Of a stretch of DNA of 64,000 nt, positions 1 through 9,148 are shown piece by piece. How positions within the stretch are numbered: the stretch's first letter is position 1; the number at the start of each line of letters is the position of its first letter. Both the position numbers and the translations under genes were made by a program. The notes below the pieces were generated by a model. The model ran no database searches. It saw only the letters and a program-made list of their open reading frames with translations, and was not told where the DNA came from. The DNA comes from a virus, in the IMG/VR virus record IMGVR_UViG_3300037244_000020, positions 1 through 64,000 of that record, one strand, 5' to 3'.

Positions 1-1364
1 GCCAATATTGCTCCTGCTTTGGCGGTATCCATCCGAGGGGCAGTGGCGCCCTTGGCTGCCAGAAATCCTTTGAACCGATCCCCGGATGTAAAGATACCGT
101 GGTCTACGTTAATCTCCTGCGTGACGCGCCCGGAGTCCATCGCCTGCAAGATGAAGCCTCGCGACTGGTTCGTCTCGGCGTCCACGATCTCGACGACCGT
201 CTCCGCCTCAAAGTGCCAGTTGGTTTCGCGGGAGAGCAAGTCTTCCCGCGTCGAGTAGATCCCGTTGCTCCCCAACATAATGCCCTTCGCCAGATCGCTC
301 ATGTCGTCTAGGTTGGTGCCCGCCGTGGGAGCAGCCTTTCCCCGCAAGTCTTTGGCGAGCGCAGGCACGTCCATAACCGCCGCCATCGCTGCAGGGGAGT
401 AGGAGTAGGCGTTGTTGCCCTGCGCGTAACCGTACATTCTGCGCAGCTCCTCCTTAACAGCCCTGCGCGTCGAATGCCCGTCGCCCTTGTACGAGTTGAT
501 GAGGCCGCAGCAGGCGTCAAGATGCTCGTCCAGTGTCTTCCCTAGGGCGTTCGACAGGATGCCAAGCTGCAAAGCGACCTTGTTCAGCCCCGTGTCGCTT
601 ACGTTCTCCCCGTTCATCAGCGCTTTCACGCTCTCCGGCCAGTCGCCGCCCATGCGCTTGATAAGGGTGTCGTCCGTCTTTTTCTTCGAGCGCTCGCGGT
701 AACGCTGCGCTATCTTGGTCTGGATGTCGCCATAGAGTGCCGCGAGTTGCGGAGATAAGACCGGCTCGGCGAGTTCGGGGAACGGCTGCGGCTCGCTGCA
801 CAGCGTTTCGTACAGGTCAGGCGTCATCTCGCGCATTTGAGTCAACGAGATGGGGACTTTAAACCGCCCTGCCTTCTCGCGCTCGACGTTTGGCGTGCGC
901 CACATGCGACCGCGCTTCGCGCTGTACACAGCCAAGTCGAGAAACTCTACATACGTTTCGTTAGCAATTTCCTTGTAGATCGCGGGCAAATACTGCACAC
1001 CGCCCTTCGCGCTGGAAAAGCACTCATGCGGAACTTCTGCATGAAACCCGCGCCCGCCAGTGGCATACAGGGAAACGCAATTCAGGTCAAGGCCATATGA
1101 TTCGGCCATAAGGTCGAGCCAGCGATTGACGGCTTCGATGCCTTCAGATATCTCAGGGCAATCCCAGTCGGCGTAAAAAGGTCCACTGTAGCGCGTCTTG
1201 AGCGTCTCTTCTAGCGGGGCGTCGTCCGCGACGAGATTACTGAGGTCCAAAACTGTGACGTACTTCGGCTTGCGGGTTTCGATAACGCTCGCCCGCTGCG
1301 ATGAGGGGGCGGAAAGCCAACCCCCGGTTTTTTCTAGTGAAAAATAAAAATAGGTGTCAGCCAT
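1..1364 (-). CDS. AEP-family primase-polymerase (3' part outside window; probably fused to a helicase)
   Basis: Not in the ORF track; manually translated open frame from ATG 1364 to the window edge (MADTYFYFSLEK...). Contains FYADWD (motif I DxD) and ATGGRGFH (motif II) of AEP prim-pols. Confidence 0.8.
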   Translation of the reverse strand, partial: MADTYFYFSLEKTGGWLSAPSSQRASVIETRKPKYVTVLDLSNLVADDAPLEETLKTRYSGPFYADWDCPEISEGIEAVNRWLDLMAESYGLDLNCVSLYATGGRGFHAEVPHECFSSAKGGVQYLPAIYKEIANETYVEFLDLAVYSAKRGRMWRTPNVEREKAGRFKVPISLTQMREMTPDLYETLCSEPQPFPELAEPVLSPQLAALYGDIQTKIAQRYRERSKKKTDDTLIKRMGGDWPESVKALMNGENVSDTGLNKVALQLGILSNALGKTLDEHLDACCGLINSYKGDGHSTRRAVKEELRRMYGYAQGNNAYSYSPAAMAAVMDVPALAKDLRGKAAPTAGTNLDDMSDLAKGIMLGSNGIYSTREDLLSRETNWHFEAETVVEIVDAETNQSRGFILQAMDSGRVTQEINVDHGIFTSGDRFKGFLAAKGATAPRMDTAKAGAIL

Positions 1365-1453
1365 GTGGGCAACGGCCTGTGGTGTGGGTGTTGGGAAGGT
1401 GAAGCGGCATTGTACTACCGAGGGGCGTCAATGACGAAATCGATGGGAGCCAG

Positions 1454-1588
1454 TCATACGCCACCTTCCTTCAGCGCGACTTCCAACGCCCGGCGAAGAA
1501 TCTCAGCGGCAGGCATACCAGACTTGAGGGAGAGCGCGCGCAGCCTCTCAAGCATCTGTGGGGGAAAAAAGAAATTCACTCGTTTCAC
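1454..1588 (-). CDS. CopG/Arc-like ribbon-helix-helix protein (44 aa)
   Basis: Manual translation MKRVNFFFPPQMLERLRALSLKSGMPAAEILRRALEVALKEGGV; RHH pattern; GAGG upstream of GTG. Confidence 0.75.
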   Translation of the reverse strand: MKRVNFFFPPQMLERLRALSLKSGMPAAEILRRALEVALKEGGV

Positions 1589-1602
1589 TGCGGACCTCTG
1601 TG

Positions 1603-1650
1603 GGGTGTAGGACTGGCGGCAATCCTACACCCGGTGGTCCGAAGTGTCAA
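1603..1650 (-). promoter_or_regulatory. sigma70 promoter TTGACA-N17-TAGGAT overlapped by a 10-bp inverted repeat (candidate RHH operator)
   Basis: TTGACA 1650-1645, TAGGAT 1627-1622; arms GGGTGTAGGA 1603-1612 and TCCTACACCC 1623-1632. Confidence 0.6.
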
Positions 1651-3050
1651 CCCCCGTAGAGCGCTGCGCGCAGATCATTCAGCGATGGCACGACTTGATT
1701 CACCAGCCCGTCGTTTTCAACCAAATTTTTCCGCAGCCGTACTTGGATCGTCCCCCCTGCCGTCGCAATACGCACACTCACGACCTTTTTTTGGCCTGGT
1801 CTTTCCAAGCGTTTCGTGGCTTGCCAGAACCCTTTCGCGTTAGTGGGAATCTCTAGGAAAAGCATATGCCACGCAACCTCCTGCAGCCCATCGACACCGA
1901 CGCCCCCGCTCAGAGGGTTTAGAACGATCACGCGACACGCCGGGTCCCCCCGGAACCTGTCCAACGCTGCGTCCTTGTCCTTCGCCGACACATCCCCGTT
2001 CACTTGCACGACATCCACACCTCGCTTTTGCAGATGCTCTACCGTGATGCGCACAGAATTCTTGTAGTTGGCGAAGACGACCAGCTTGGCGTCGCCGATC
2101 TCGGCCAGCGTCTGGTCCAACACTTCGAAGCCTGCGGGCACAAGCTTCTCGTCCTGAGCAAACTTGGCATACCCTAAAATCACCTGTTGAAGTGATGCGT
2201 ATAATTTTTGAGGGGTGCTTGCATCGATCGCTCCGCCGTCCTCCAGCAAGACCAGTTGCTGCTCGGCGATCTGCTTGTAGAGTTTGTGGTGGTGTGAGGA
2301 CAGGTCGTACTCAATCTCGCTGATCGTCGCCCTCGGCATATCCGGTCGCGCCTCAGGCGTCGAGACATACGAAGCGCGCTTTGCCATGTTGGACTTCAAC
2401 AGCGGTAGATTTTTCCATTCGATAACTTTCCCAAAGAAGTCTCTTTGGCCTACGTGGACGTTCTCGAACTGCGTTGCCGAGCGGTAGAGTTCTGGTGAAG
2501 TGAGCCTGCAGTACGCGTATCCATCTATAGGCGTGGATATGGGCGTGCCAGTGAGCAGGAGCAGCCCTTGGCCTGCTGCGATCTGAAGAATGGCGCGGAA
2601 GTTGCCTGAGGCGTAGTTTTTGATTGACGTCGCCTCGTCTACAACAATCATCCACTTCCGGCCTACGAACTCCGCGCTGAAACGGTCGAAGTCTTTCTTC
2701 AGAATCTCGATATTGGTCACAAACGCGACCGTTTCGTGGTCGATCTCAATCGCTGCGCGCTGCTTCGGCGTACCTGCGTAGAGTTTGTTGGAAATACCGC
2801 AAGAGTTAAGCCAGCGGACCCACTGCTTCAAAAGCACCGGAGGGCAGACGAACAGGATCTGCGCGCCGGTTTGTTCCCGGTAAATCATGGCATGCAGCGT
2901 GCTGGCTAACGTCTTTCCCGCTCCCATGTCCCAAAAATAGCTAGCTCTGCTAACAGACTCTGAAACCAGCCGGTCGATCTCGTCGCGCTGGTAGGCAAAC
3001 GGTTCGAATGGCAGCGTGACTTTGCCCAGAATCTTATCCACTTCACTCAT
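1647..3050 (-). CDS. SNF2-family (SF2) helicase
   Basis: WDMGAGKT Walker A, VVDEAT motif II, LLTGTP motif III, C-terminal helicase motifs (GGVGVDGLQ, QATKRLERPGQ); start trimmed to MSEVDK. Confidence 0.9.
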   Translation of the reverse strand: MSEVDKILGKVTLPFEPFAYQRDEIDRLVSESVSRASYFWDMGAGKTLASTLHAMIYREQTGAQILFVCPPVLLKQWVRWLNSCGISNKLYAGTPKQRAAIEIDHETVAFVTNIEILKKDFDRFSAEFVGRKWMIVVDEATSIKNYASGNFRAILQIAAGQGLLLLTGTPISTPIDGYAYCRLTSPELYRSATQFENVHVGQRDFFGKVIEWKNLPLLKSNMAKRASYVSTPEARPDMPRATISEIEYDLSSHHHKLYKQIAEQQLVLLEDGGAIDASTPQKLYASLQQVILGYAKFAQDEKLVPAGFEVLDQTLAEIGDAKLVVFANYKNSVRITVEHLQKRGVDVVQVNGDVSAKDKDAALDRFRGDPACRVIVLNPLSGGVGVDGLQEVAWHMLFLEIPTNAKGFWQATKRLERPGQKKVVSVRIATAGGTIQVRLRKNLVENDGLVNQVVPSLNDLRAALYGG

Positions 3051-3355
3051 ACAAACTCCCCGGGTGCTTCTTCTATAAAATAATCGGCGTCGCCGTATTC
3101 CCGGCGCTCTCCATTCCCTCTGAACCAGCAGCGCTTCGACCCGCGCCGGTGCATGGCGCCCGTCATCATGCCCGCCCACGCGTAACCGCTGCACATACAC
3201 CCCATCGCTCGGGTGTTGCGCCGGTTCATCCACGGGTCAGGCCGCCAGTCTCGCGCGCCGCACCAGCACATCGGCGGGCGTATGTAATCCTCAGGCGACT
3301 TTTTAAGCACTCGGCGCGCTTGGCACTTTCTGCAGCGACAATGAACACGGCTCAC
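3047..3355 (-). CDS. Cys-rich putative zinc-binding protein
   Basis: CRCRKC, CWC, CMC and H/C motifs; ATGA overlap with the helicase. Confidence 0.65.
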   Translation of the reverse strand: MSRVHCRCRKCQARRVLKKSPEDYIRPPMCWCGARDWRPDPWMNRRNTRAMGCMCSGYAWAGMMTGAMHRRGSKRCWFRGNGERREYGDADYFIEEAPGEFV

Positions 3356-3430
3356 ACATTTCCCCGAAAGTGTGCTATGGTGTAACTACTCTCTGAGAAC
3401 ATGTGGGTTCCGTGGGTGGGGCGTGGGTGG

Positions 3431-3462
3431 AAAGGCCGGGGTCGTTCCCGGCCTTTTCTTTT
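3431..3462. terminator. GC hairpin with T-tract (intrinsic terminator-like)
   Basis: AAAGGCCGGG-GTCGTT-CCCGGCCTTTTCTTT. Confidence 0.55.
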
Positions 3463-3862
3463 ATGCAACGCTCATCGCTGTCAGCTTTACGTTCGCCAGA
3501 TGCAACTTGACCACGTCCAGCCTCGGCAGCATCGCGTCAGCCGTGCGGACAGCATTCAGGATTGGGGCCAGTTCAAGCTTCGTGGCGGTCAATTCCCCTG
3601 TCTTCGCGCCGATCTGCTCCAACGCGCGCATGCCCGAATCGATCTGGCGCAGTCCATTTGCGAATCTCTCCTCCCCCTCCACAGCCAGCCCGATCATCCC
3701 CAAGATCTGTGCGAGCATCTCTATAGCGTTCCGATCGGGCGCGCACGCCAGCGTGCCGTAAGCCGTGTGCAGGCCCATCGCTATCTCGTCGTGCAGTTCC
3801 CGCATTACTGGCGCGCGGATCAGGCGCGGCCGGTAGGGCTTGTTGCGTTTCTTGGCGGTCAC
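3461..3862 (-). CDS. hypothetical phage protein
   Basis: 133-aa ORF in a tightly packed operon. Confidence 0.7.
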   Translation of the reverse strand: MTAKKRNKPYRPRLIRAPVMRELHDEIAMGLHTAYGTLACAPDRNAIEMLAQILGMIGLAVEGEERFANGLRQIDSGMRALEQIGAKTGELTATKLELAPILNAVRTADAMLPRLDVVKLHLANVKLTAMSVA

Positions 3863-4155
3863 GCGTAGGCTCCCAGCGCGTTCGGTTTTGCTACAAACAC
3901 ATGCCAGACGAAGCCGCCCTCCGTCTGGAACGTGCCGATGTAGTCGCTAAAACCGATGCCGTCTGGAACTTCCCAGCCGGTGCCGATGACCGCCACGAGA
4001 CGCGCCTCTTGGGCGTTCTCGTCGTCAACGAGCGCCCAGAGTACCGGCGCTCCTCGCTGCGTATGGACGCACAGGATGTCTGCGTTTCGGGGCATCATGA
4101 CGGTGAATTCCGCAGCGCCGCTAGGGTCTAATGAATACTTGTGGATGGTGCGCAT
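3859..4155 (-). CDS. conserved phage protein (DUF7352-like)
   Basis: MRTIHKY...LWALVD...YIGTFQ...FVWHVF pattern; 4-nt overlap with next gene. Confidence 0.65.
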   Translation of the reverse strand: MRTIHKYSLDPSGAAEFTVMMPRNADILCVHTQRGAPVLWALVDDENAQEARLVAVIGTGWEVPDGIGFSDYIGTFQTEGGFVWHVFVAKPNALGAYA

Positions 4156-4167
4156 GGTGTGGGTAGT

Positions 4168-4566
4168 TTAAAGGTCGACAAAATCCGGTTCGATCAGGTC
4201 TTCATTCCCGATCGTCACCAGAAACTCAATGAATTGTTCGCGGTCCATCACGCGGGCCGACTTCTCCAAGCCGCCCGTCGAAAACGTGCCCGCCTCAAGG
4301 ATGTAAGCGCGCGCCTTATCCGTCAGCCGCATCGGTACTGCGTAAGGCTTGAGCTTAGGCAGCGTCTCGATTGGGTCGTAAAGCGCTTCGACGCCTTCCG
4401 CCGTGATCAGCGTCACGCGCGCTGGGCGCCCCGTCGCACCCCCCATAATGTCAAGGTGGCGGGCGTACTTCGCATGCGAGCGCGCGATACGCCCCCGGTA
4501 GCTCGAATACACGTCGCGCATGTGCTTGTCGCGATGGATGTCCTGCAGATTGAACCATTTCGTCAT
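4168..4566 (-). CDS. hypothetical phage protein
   Basis: 132-aa ORF, GGAG RBS, abuts neighbours. Confidence 0.7.
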   Translation of the reverse strand: MTKWFNLQDIHRDKHMRDVYSSYRGRIARSHAKYARHLDIMGGATGRPARVTLITAEGVEALYDPIETLPKLKPYAVPMRLTDKARAYILEAGTFSTGGLEKSARVMDREQFIEFLVTIGNEDLIEPDFVDL

Positions 4567-4931
4567 TAGTTATTTTCTCCTTGAGTCTCTTCTTCAATCC
4601 AGCGGTCGATTTTGCGCAGCAGCGCTGCACAGCGCGCCTCAACCTTGTAGCGCAAGGCGCGTAATGCCCGCAGGCGGGTGCTGTACAGCGCCTTGGGGTT
4701 TTGGGTGGTTGTGCGATCCGTGTAGCCTACAGCGTGGCTTACGCTGCTGGAACACGCCACTTCAACTCGGGCGCTGTCGGACAGTTCGCCAACAATCGCA
4801 AACCCCGTGGATAACTCTCGGGATAGCGCCTGCGGGTGTGGCGGTATTACGTCAGGCTCAACCGGCGACGTGCGACGCAGGGCTGCTTCCGTCAGCAGCG
4901 CTTCCATCCGCGCCTTCTCGACCTTGGTCAT
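4566..4931 (-). CDS. hypothetical phage protein
   Basis: Start trimmed to MTKVEK (ATGA overlap). Confidence 0.65.
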   Translation of the reverse strand: MTKVEKARMEALLTEAALRRTSPVEPDVIPPHPQALSRELSTGFAIVGELSDSARVEVACSSSVSHAVGYTDRTTTQNPKALYSTRLRALRALRYKVEARCAALLRKIDRWIEEETQGENN

Positions 4932-5449
4932 AGCGCCCCCTGCTCCACGGGGCCTCCGTCTCGGTTGCCGTACGCCCGCGCGCGATCGATCACAGCCTCC
5001 AAATTTGGCTTCTTCCACCTTGCAGGCTTCTGAATCTTGCCGCCCGCATCCAATTTACACTTTCCCGTCACCGGGCTGATCTTCGCGAGGTTGCTGCGGT
5101 TGACCTCGTCCATCCCTTCATTTAGAGGCAGACCGGCCATCGCCGCCATGCCCATCGAGACGACCAGCGTGTCGCACAAGCCGTCAAGCAGCGCTACATC
5201 GTCCTGCTGCAAATCCCCTGCGGTCGCCTCGTTGGCGAGCGTGTACTGGATGCCGTCTTTAAATTGACGCATACGCAGCAACGCCGCGCTGTCGGACTTG
5301 AAGCACGCCTCGACGGTCTCAAACGACTCCTCGATGATCAGACGAAGACACAGCTTCGTCTGATCCAATGTCAGCGCTGTCGGATGAATCGGAAGAGTGC
5401 CTCGCGCAGCCTCGTTAAAGCGTACGACTTTCAGAAAATGGTCAGACAT
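4928..5449 (-). CDS. MazG/PRA-PH-like nucleoside-triphosphate pyrophosphohydrolase
   Basis: LIIEESFE, LLDGLCDTLVV, EVNRSNLAK and GGKIQKP motifs. Confidence 0.8.
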   Translation of the reverse strand: MSDHFLKVVRFNEAARGTLPIHPTALTLDQTKLCLRLIIEESFETVEACFKSDSAALLRMRQFKDGIQYTLANEATAGDLQQDDVALLDGLCDTLVVSMGMAAMAGLPLNEGMDEVNRSNLAKISPVTGKCKLDAGGKIQKPARWKKPNLEAVIDRARAYGNRDGGPVEQGAL

Positions 5450-5504
5450 GGTAATTCCATTTGGGTGGGGTTTATAGTTTAACTCAAAACGCTCAATAGA
5501 GCGG

Positions 5505-5957
5505 TTACATCGACAAATAATCAACCATCACATACCCGCCCCACTCGTAAAGAATCTCAGCGGCCAACTCGCGTAGGTCCTTCCGGTTCTCGTGCGTAGC
5601 ACGGGCAACAATAAAAGCGTCCTCGCCCTTGGCGACAATGAACGGGATCAAGTTCTCAAACGCGTAGCGCATCGCGAACCAACCATGCCCGTTGACTTTG
5701 GCTGCGAAGCACGCGCCGTTCTCGGTGAACTCGATGACGACCGCGCGCTGCACCGTCTTCCCGACGTTGCTTTTCGGCTTGAACTGCTTCAGCGCGTCAG
5801 GCAGCGGTGCCGGGACGTTTAGCATCCCGCTCACGACCTGCGCGTAACCCATCCGCGTCTTGCCCGCGAGCGCGTCCCGCTTCCACTGCGATACCGGGTA
5901 TTCCGGGTGTTCGTAGTCGGGCCGCGACTCGATGATGGCCTGCCACTTCTCTTTCAT
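5505..5957 (-). CDS. hypothetical phage protein
   Basis: GGAG RBS before MKEKWQ. Confidence 0.65.
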   Translation of the reverse strand: MKEKWQAIIESRPDYEHPEYPVSQWKRDALAGKTRMGYAQVVSGMLNVPAPLPDALKQFKPKSNVGKTVQRAVVIEFTENGACFAAKVNGHGWFAMRYAFENLIPFIVAKGEDAFIVARATHENRKDLRELAAEILYEWGGYVMVDYLSM

Positions 5958-6163
5958 GCCGACTGCTCCGGCGCGTCGAAAGTCACAGTGATGCTGTACT
6001 TTCGGCAAAGCTCCTCGGCCTTCTCCCGGCTTGAGAAAATGTGCAAACCTTTAAACAAGCCTGCTGTGATCTCCCCTCCAACTGCGTCGAGCATCAGCAC
6101 ACCATCAGCGTAAAGTCTGTCGGCGTCGTTTCTCAGGGGACTGAGTTTGATCTCGGTTTTCAT
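5954..6163 (-). CDS. hypothetical phage protein
   Basis: 69-aa ORF, ATGA overlap. Confidence 0.55.
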   Translation of the reverse strand: MKTEIKLSPLRNDADRLYADGVLMLDAVGGEITAGLFKGLHIFSSREKAEELCRKYSITVTFDAPEQSA

Positions 6164-6216
6164 CCTAGTCTTCTCTGTAGTAAATGTGGGTCCGAAGGGG
6201 GTCTATACGCTCGTCT

Positions 6217-6315
6217 TCAATCTTCTTTTCGCGAATCCCGCTTGTCTTGCCCCGCGATGTAGCCTATGCCGAACGCGCAAACAAAGACAACTATCCAGAT
6301 GATGCCGTCCATCAT
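6217..6315 (-). CDS. small single-TM membrane peptide (32 aa)
   Basis: MMDGIIWIVVFVCAFGIGYIAGQDKRDSRKED; AGGAGG RBS. Confidence 0.55.
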   Translation of the reverse strand: MMDGIIWIVVFVCAFGIGYIAGQDKRDSRKED

Positions 6316-6584
6316 CGTGCGGCACCTCCTAATGGGTACAACGCTTCGTTGACCAGCCTGCGCACGTCTCTATCTGCCAGATCCCGCCGCAGCGTCTTGA
6401 TCGTTGCTTTGATCGTTTCCAGCGCTGCGTCGAGCTTGGCTTTATTCTTGTCGGCATCAACTAGCGCTTGCGCCAGTGACCTCGCGCGCTTTCTGCTCAC
6501 TTCTGTGCTCATGATCGCGACGACACGCCCGCGATCATCCTTAACCAAAACGCCGTGTTCGGGTGAAACAACTACCTTAAGCAT
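6312..6584 (-). CDS. hypothetical coiled-coil protein
   Basis: GGAGG RBS; first gene after an early promoter. Confidence 0.65.
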   Translation of the reverse strand: MLKVVVSPEHGVLVKDDRGRVVAIMSTEVSRKRARSLAQALVDADKNKAKLDAALETIKATIKTLRRDLADRDVRRLVNEALYPLGGAAR

Positions 6585-6609
6585 AAACCTCCCCCGGTTG
6601 GTTTAGCTA

Positions 6610-6637
6610 ATTATACTCACTTTATCGTTCCCGTCAA
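6610..6637 (-). promoter_or_regulatory. early sigma70 promoter TTGACG-N16-TATAAT
   Basis: Followed by TAGCT like the other copies of the family. Confidence 0.65.
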
Positions 6638-6669
6638 GAATTAAAAACGCTCCGTAGAGCGCTTCTAAC

Positions 6670-7041
6670 CTACCTAGCCTTAAAGTCCGGCCTGATGTAG
6701 ATGTTCTCACCACGCTGCAGCACGCCGTCAATGTGGTACCCCTGGCAGTACCACGCGCCCATCGACGGCACGCAAGCAACGTCCACGACGCGGGGCGCGA
6801 TGTTCGCAGCGCTCGCCCCGCCTGGTAGATACCCAGGGACCGTATACAGGCCATCGCCGACCGAGACCGCTGCGGAAAAGCCGGTGGACCTCCCCGGCGA
6901 AGGCACACCCGAACCGAGCGGCACGCGGGCGACTTGGATCGTCGCCGGAAAGTTGGCGGGCATGCCGCCGTTGCTCAACGTTTCCTGAGCCTGCGCGGCG
7001 GCGCTCGCAGCCAAGAAGACCCCCAGTAGAATGCCTCTCAT
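6670..7041 (-). CDS. secreted protein (signal peptide, Cys pair)
   Basis: MRGILLGVFLAASAAAQA signal; AGGAG RBS. Confidence 0.75.
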   Translation of the reverse strand: MRGILLGVFLAASAAAQAQETLSNGGMPANFPATIQVARVPLGSGVPSPGRSTGFSAAVSVGDGLYTVPGYLPGGASAANIAPRVVDVACVPSMGAWYCQGYHIDGVLQRGENIYIRPDFKAR

Positions 7042-7051
7042 GGCGCTCTCC

Positions 7052-7735
7052 TCACTTCAGGGATACGACTGCAGGCGCATCCGAAGAAACCGCATGAGCG
7101 TCCGCCTCAGGCTTATAGATGGGCGTAATCTTGGTCACAACGCCCTTCGCATCCACTGATGCGGTGGTCACAGGCTTGGGCAGGGGTGCGGCCTGCACAA
7201 CGGTGCCCGTTGGGATTTCCTCGCCTGTGGCCGGGTCTAGCAGCGGGCGCCCCTTAGCGACCCACTCGTCACGCGACATCGGGCAGCCGCGACGGATGAT
7301 TGACGCGTCGCTGCGCCGGTCCATCACGCCCCCGCTCACTGAGATCGAGTAGCGTATGTCTTCGTCCGTACACAGGAGCGCCAAGGACGCAGCGTGCTCG
7401 CCTTGGTTCCACAACTCCCGGGCGTTCTTCAGCATCCGGCAGTTGTTGTCCGTCCAGGTCGTGCCGATGCCGAACCCAAACGACATGCCGGAGGCGCCCA
7501 TCGAAGACGACCCCATGCAGGTGTCGTTGCTCGATGTGAGGGCGGGCGCGAAAGCGGAGTTCGCAGCATACCGCGTGCCGCCCACGACTTCGTGGCTGTC
7601 GATCGACAGCGACTGACCTTGGTTTCCGCCCGCTGACTGCGACGAAGCTGCGTTAGTCGACGTGGTGGCGACGCTGGAGTTGGCGAAAGCAGCAACCGGC
7701 AGCAGGAGTGCTGCGGCAATGATCAGATTTTTCAT
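7052..7735 (-). CDS. secreted Cys-containing protein
   Basis: MKNLIIAAALLLPVAAFA signal; DTCMGSSS..GFGIGTTWTDNNC..LLC motif. Confidence 0.8.
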   Translation of the reverse strand: MKNLIIAAALLLPVAAFANSSVATTSTNAASSQSAGGNQGQSLSIDSHEVVGGTRYAANSAFAPALTSSNDTCMGSSSMGASGMSFGFGIGTTWTDNNCRMLKNARELWNQGEHAASLALLCTDEDIRYSISVSGGVMDRRSDASIIRRGCPMSRDEWVAKGRPLLDPATGEEIPTGTVVQAAPLPKPVTTASVDAKGVVTKITPIYKPEADAHAVSSDAPAVVSLK

Positions 7736-7756
7736 AGCGGGTTCCAGAAGGGCGTG

Positions 7757-7776
7757 AGGGAGGGGTGCCCCTCCCT
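7757..7776 (-). terminator. intergenic hairpin inside the secreted-protein operon
   Basis: AGGGAGGG-GTGC-CCCTCCCT; no clear U-tract. Confidence 0.4.
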
Positions 7777-7782
7777 TGTGGC

Positions 7783-8529
7783 TTAGTTCGCTGCAGCCTT
7801 GGCCGAACCGCCGTCAATCACCCAGTTGCTGCCGCCGCCCACATTCTTTACGGCGCTTCCGTCGCTATACGTCGTGTTGGTCAGGCGCGAGCTGTCACTT
7901 TGTGCCGTTGCCGACGTTTCGGTCTGAACCGTATTGACTGGCACGCTAACGCCGTTCACCGACACAAAGCCCGGCGTCAAGATGCCCGAGTCCGTCGCGC
8001 CGTAGAGGCTGGTGTTCACAGCCGAGTTCCCTTGGATCTGCGTCACGCCTTTGTTCGCGTCTCCTGCGGAAAACGACGACGAGCCGCCCGAGACGTACGA
8101 ATTGGCAATACCAGTCGCTGCGCCTGCGTAGCCTGGCAGAGCGGTACCTTCGATCGACTGCGCACCAGCGTTAGCTGAGTTCCACGAACTGGCTGCAGCG
8201 CGGCCTGTGCCAGTCGTCAGGCTCTGCGAGGACGTGTAGTCGTGCGTCTGAGCGAAGCCCGTAACAGATGCTGTGCCGCCTTGCGCGCCTTCGGGAGCGT
8301 TGACGAAGCTGCCAGTCTGGCCGTAGGTGGCGAAGGCGCCGCTTTGGGTGGACGAGTAAGCAGTGCCGACCCCTCTGGAACTGGCGAACGCTGCAGACTG
8401 CGAATTCACCACGCCAGACGCTGCGGGGGAGTTCGCCAAGTTAGCAGGCGGATTGCTCGGGCCGACCGGATTAGCCATTGCCGTTGCCGAAGCTGCCAGA
8501 ACCGCCACTGCCAGAAGTGCTTTTTTCAC
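7783..8529 (-). CDS. secreted Ser/Ala/Gly/Thr-rich low-complexity protein
   Basis: MKKALLAVAVLAASATAMA signal; no Cys; GGAG RBS. Confidence 0.8.
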   Translation of the reverse strand: MKKALLAVAVLAASATAMANPVGPSNPPANLANSPAASGVVNSQSAAFASSRGVGTAYSSTQSGAFATYGQTGSFVNAPEGAQGGTASVTGFAQTHDYTSSQSLTTGTGRAAASSWNSANAGAQSIEGTALPGYAGAATGIANSYVSGGSSSFSAGDANKGVTQIQGNSAVNTSLYGATDSGILTPGFVSVNGVSVPVNTVQTETSATAQSDSSRLTNTTYSDGSAVKNVGGGSNWVIDGGSAKAAAN

Positions 8530-8580
8530 GTGAATCTCCAGATGGGTGTGGCGCGGAGCCGCCGCGCCTGCGGTAGGTCG

Positions 8581-8811
8581 TTACGCGGGTTGCCGATCGA
8601 ACATCTGTGAATACGCTTGCGCGCCTACAGTGGTCAGCCGCCAAAACCCGAGGACGTTATTGACCAGACCCATCTGACGCAAATCCGGCAGCGTGGTGTA
8701 ACGGCCTTCCCAGTCCGTAAATGTCCCACGCTCCTTCCCCACTGCCCTGAACGCTTCCACCTGTTGCTCAACCAAGTGAATCGTCGTGGTGAAGGTTGCC
8801 GTATTGCTCAT
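8581..8811 (-). CDS. hypothetical phage protein
   Basis: 76-aa ORF. Confidence 0.6.
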   Translation of the reverse strand: MSNTATFTTTIHLVEQQVEAFRAVGKERGTFTDWEGRYTTLPDLRQMGLVNNVLGFWRLTTVGAQAYSQMFDRQPA

Positions 8812-8920
8812 GATTTCGTCTGACGCTTTATTAACAGTCCGCGCACAGTGTAAGGGCGGCTGCAGAGCGTCAGCACTTTCTGCGGAGAGTGTTACTCCAA
8901 TTACATCTGGTAACGAGGCG

Positions 8921-9124
8921 TCAAGCGGTGCTGGACTGTGGCGTCTCCGAGTACGTCTGGACCGTCGACTGTAGACGCTTCACGCGCTCTTGCAGCACGC
9001 TTACATGGCCTTTCGCAGCCTCTAGCGCCCCGCACGCGTCGAGGAGTTGAATCTGGGCGAAGCGCAACTGCTTGGTCGCGATATCGAGCGGGCTGGGCTG
9101 CACAAACGGGTTCGGGATTTTCAT
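8921..9124 (-). CDS. hypothetical coiled-coil protein
   Basis: AAGGA RBS, 67 aa. Confidence 0.6.
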   Translation of the reverse strand: MKIPNPFVQPSPLDIATKQLRFAQIQLLDACGALEAAKGHVSVLQERVKRLQSTVQTYSETPQSSTA

Positions 9125-9148
9125 GGTGGGTTCCTTGTGGGTGGTGGG

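Noticed and set aside
3051-3233. N-terminal extensions in the ORF track (helicase; also 37316 terS, 31553, 57301)
   Set aside because: They overlap other genes or structured non-coding DNA; downstream starts fit better
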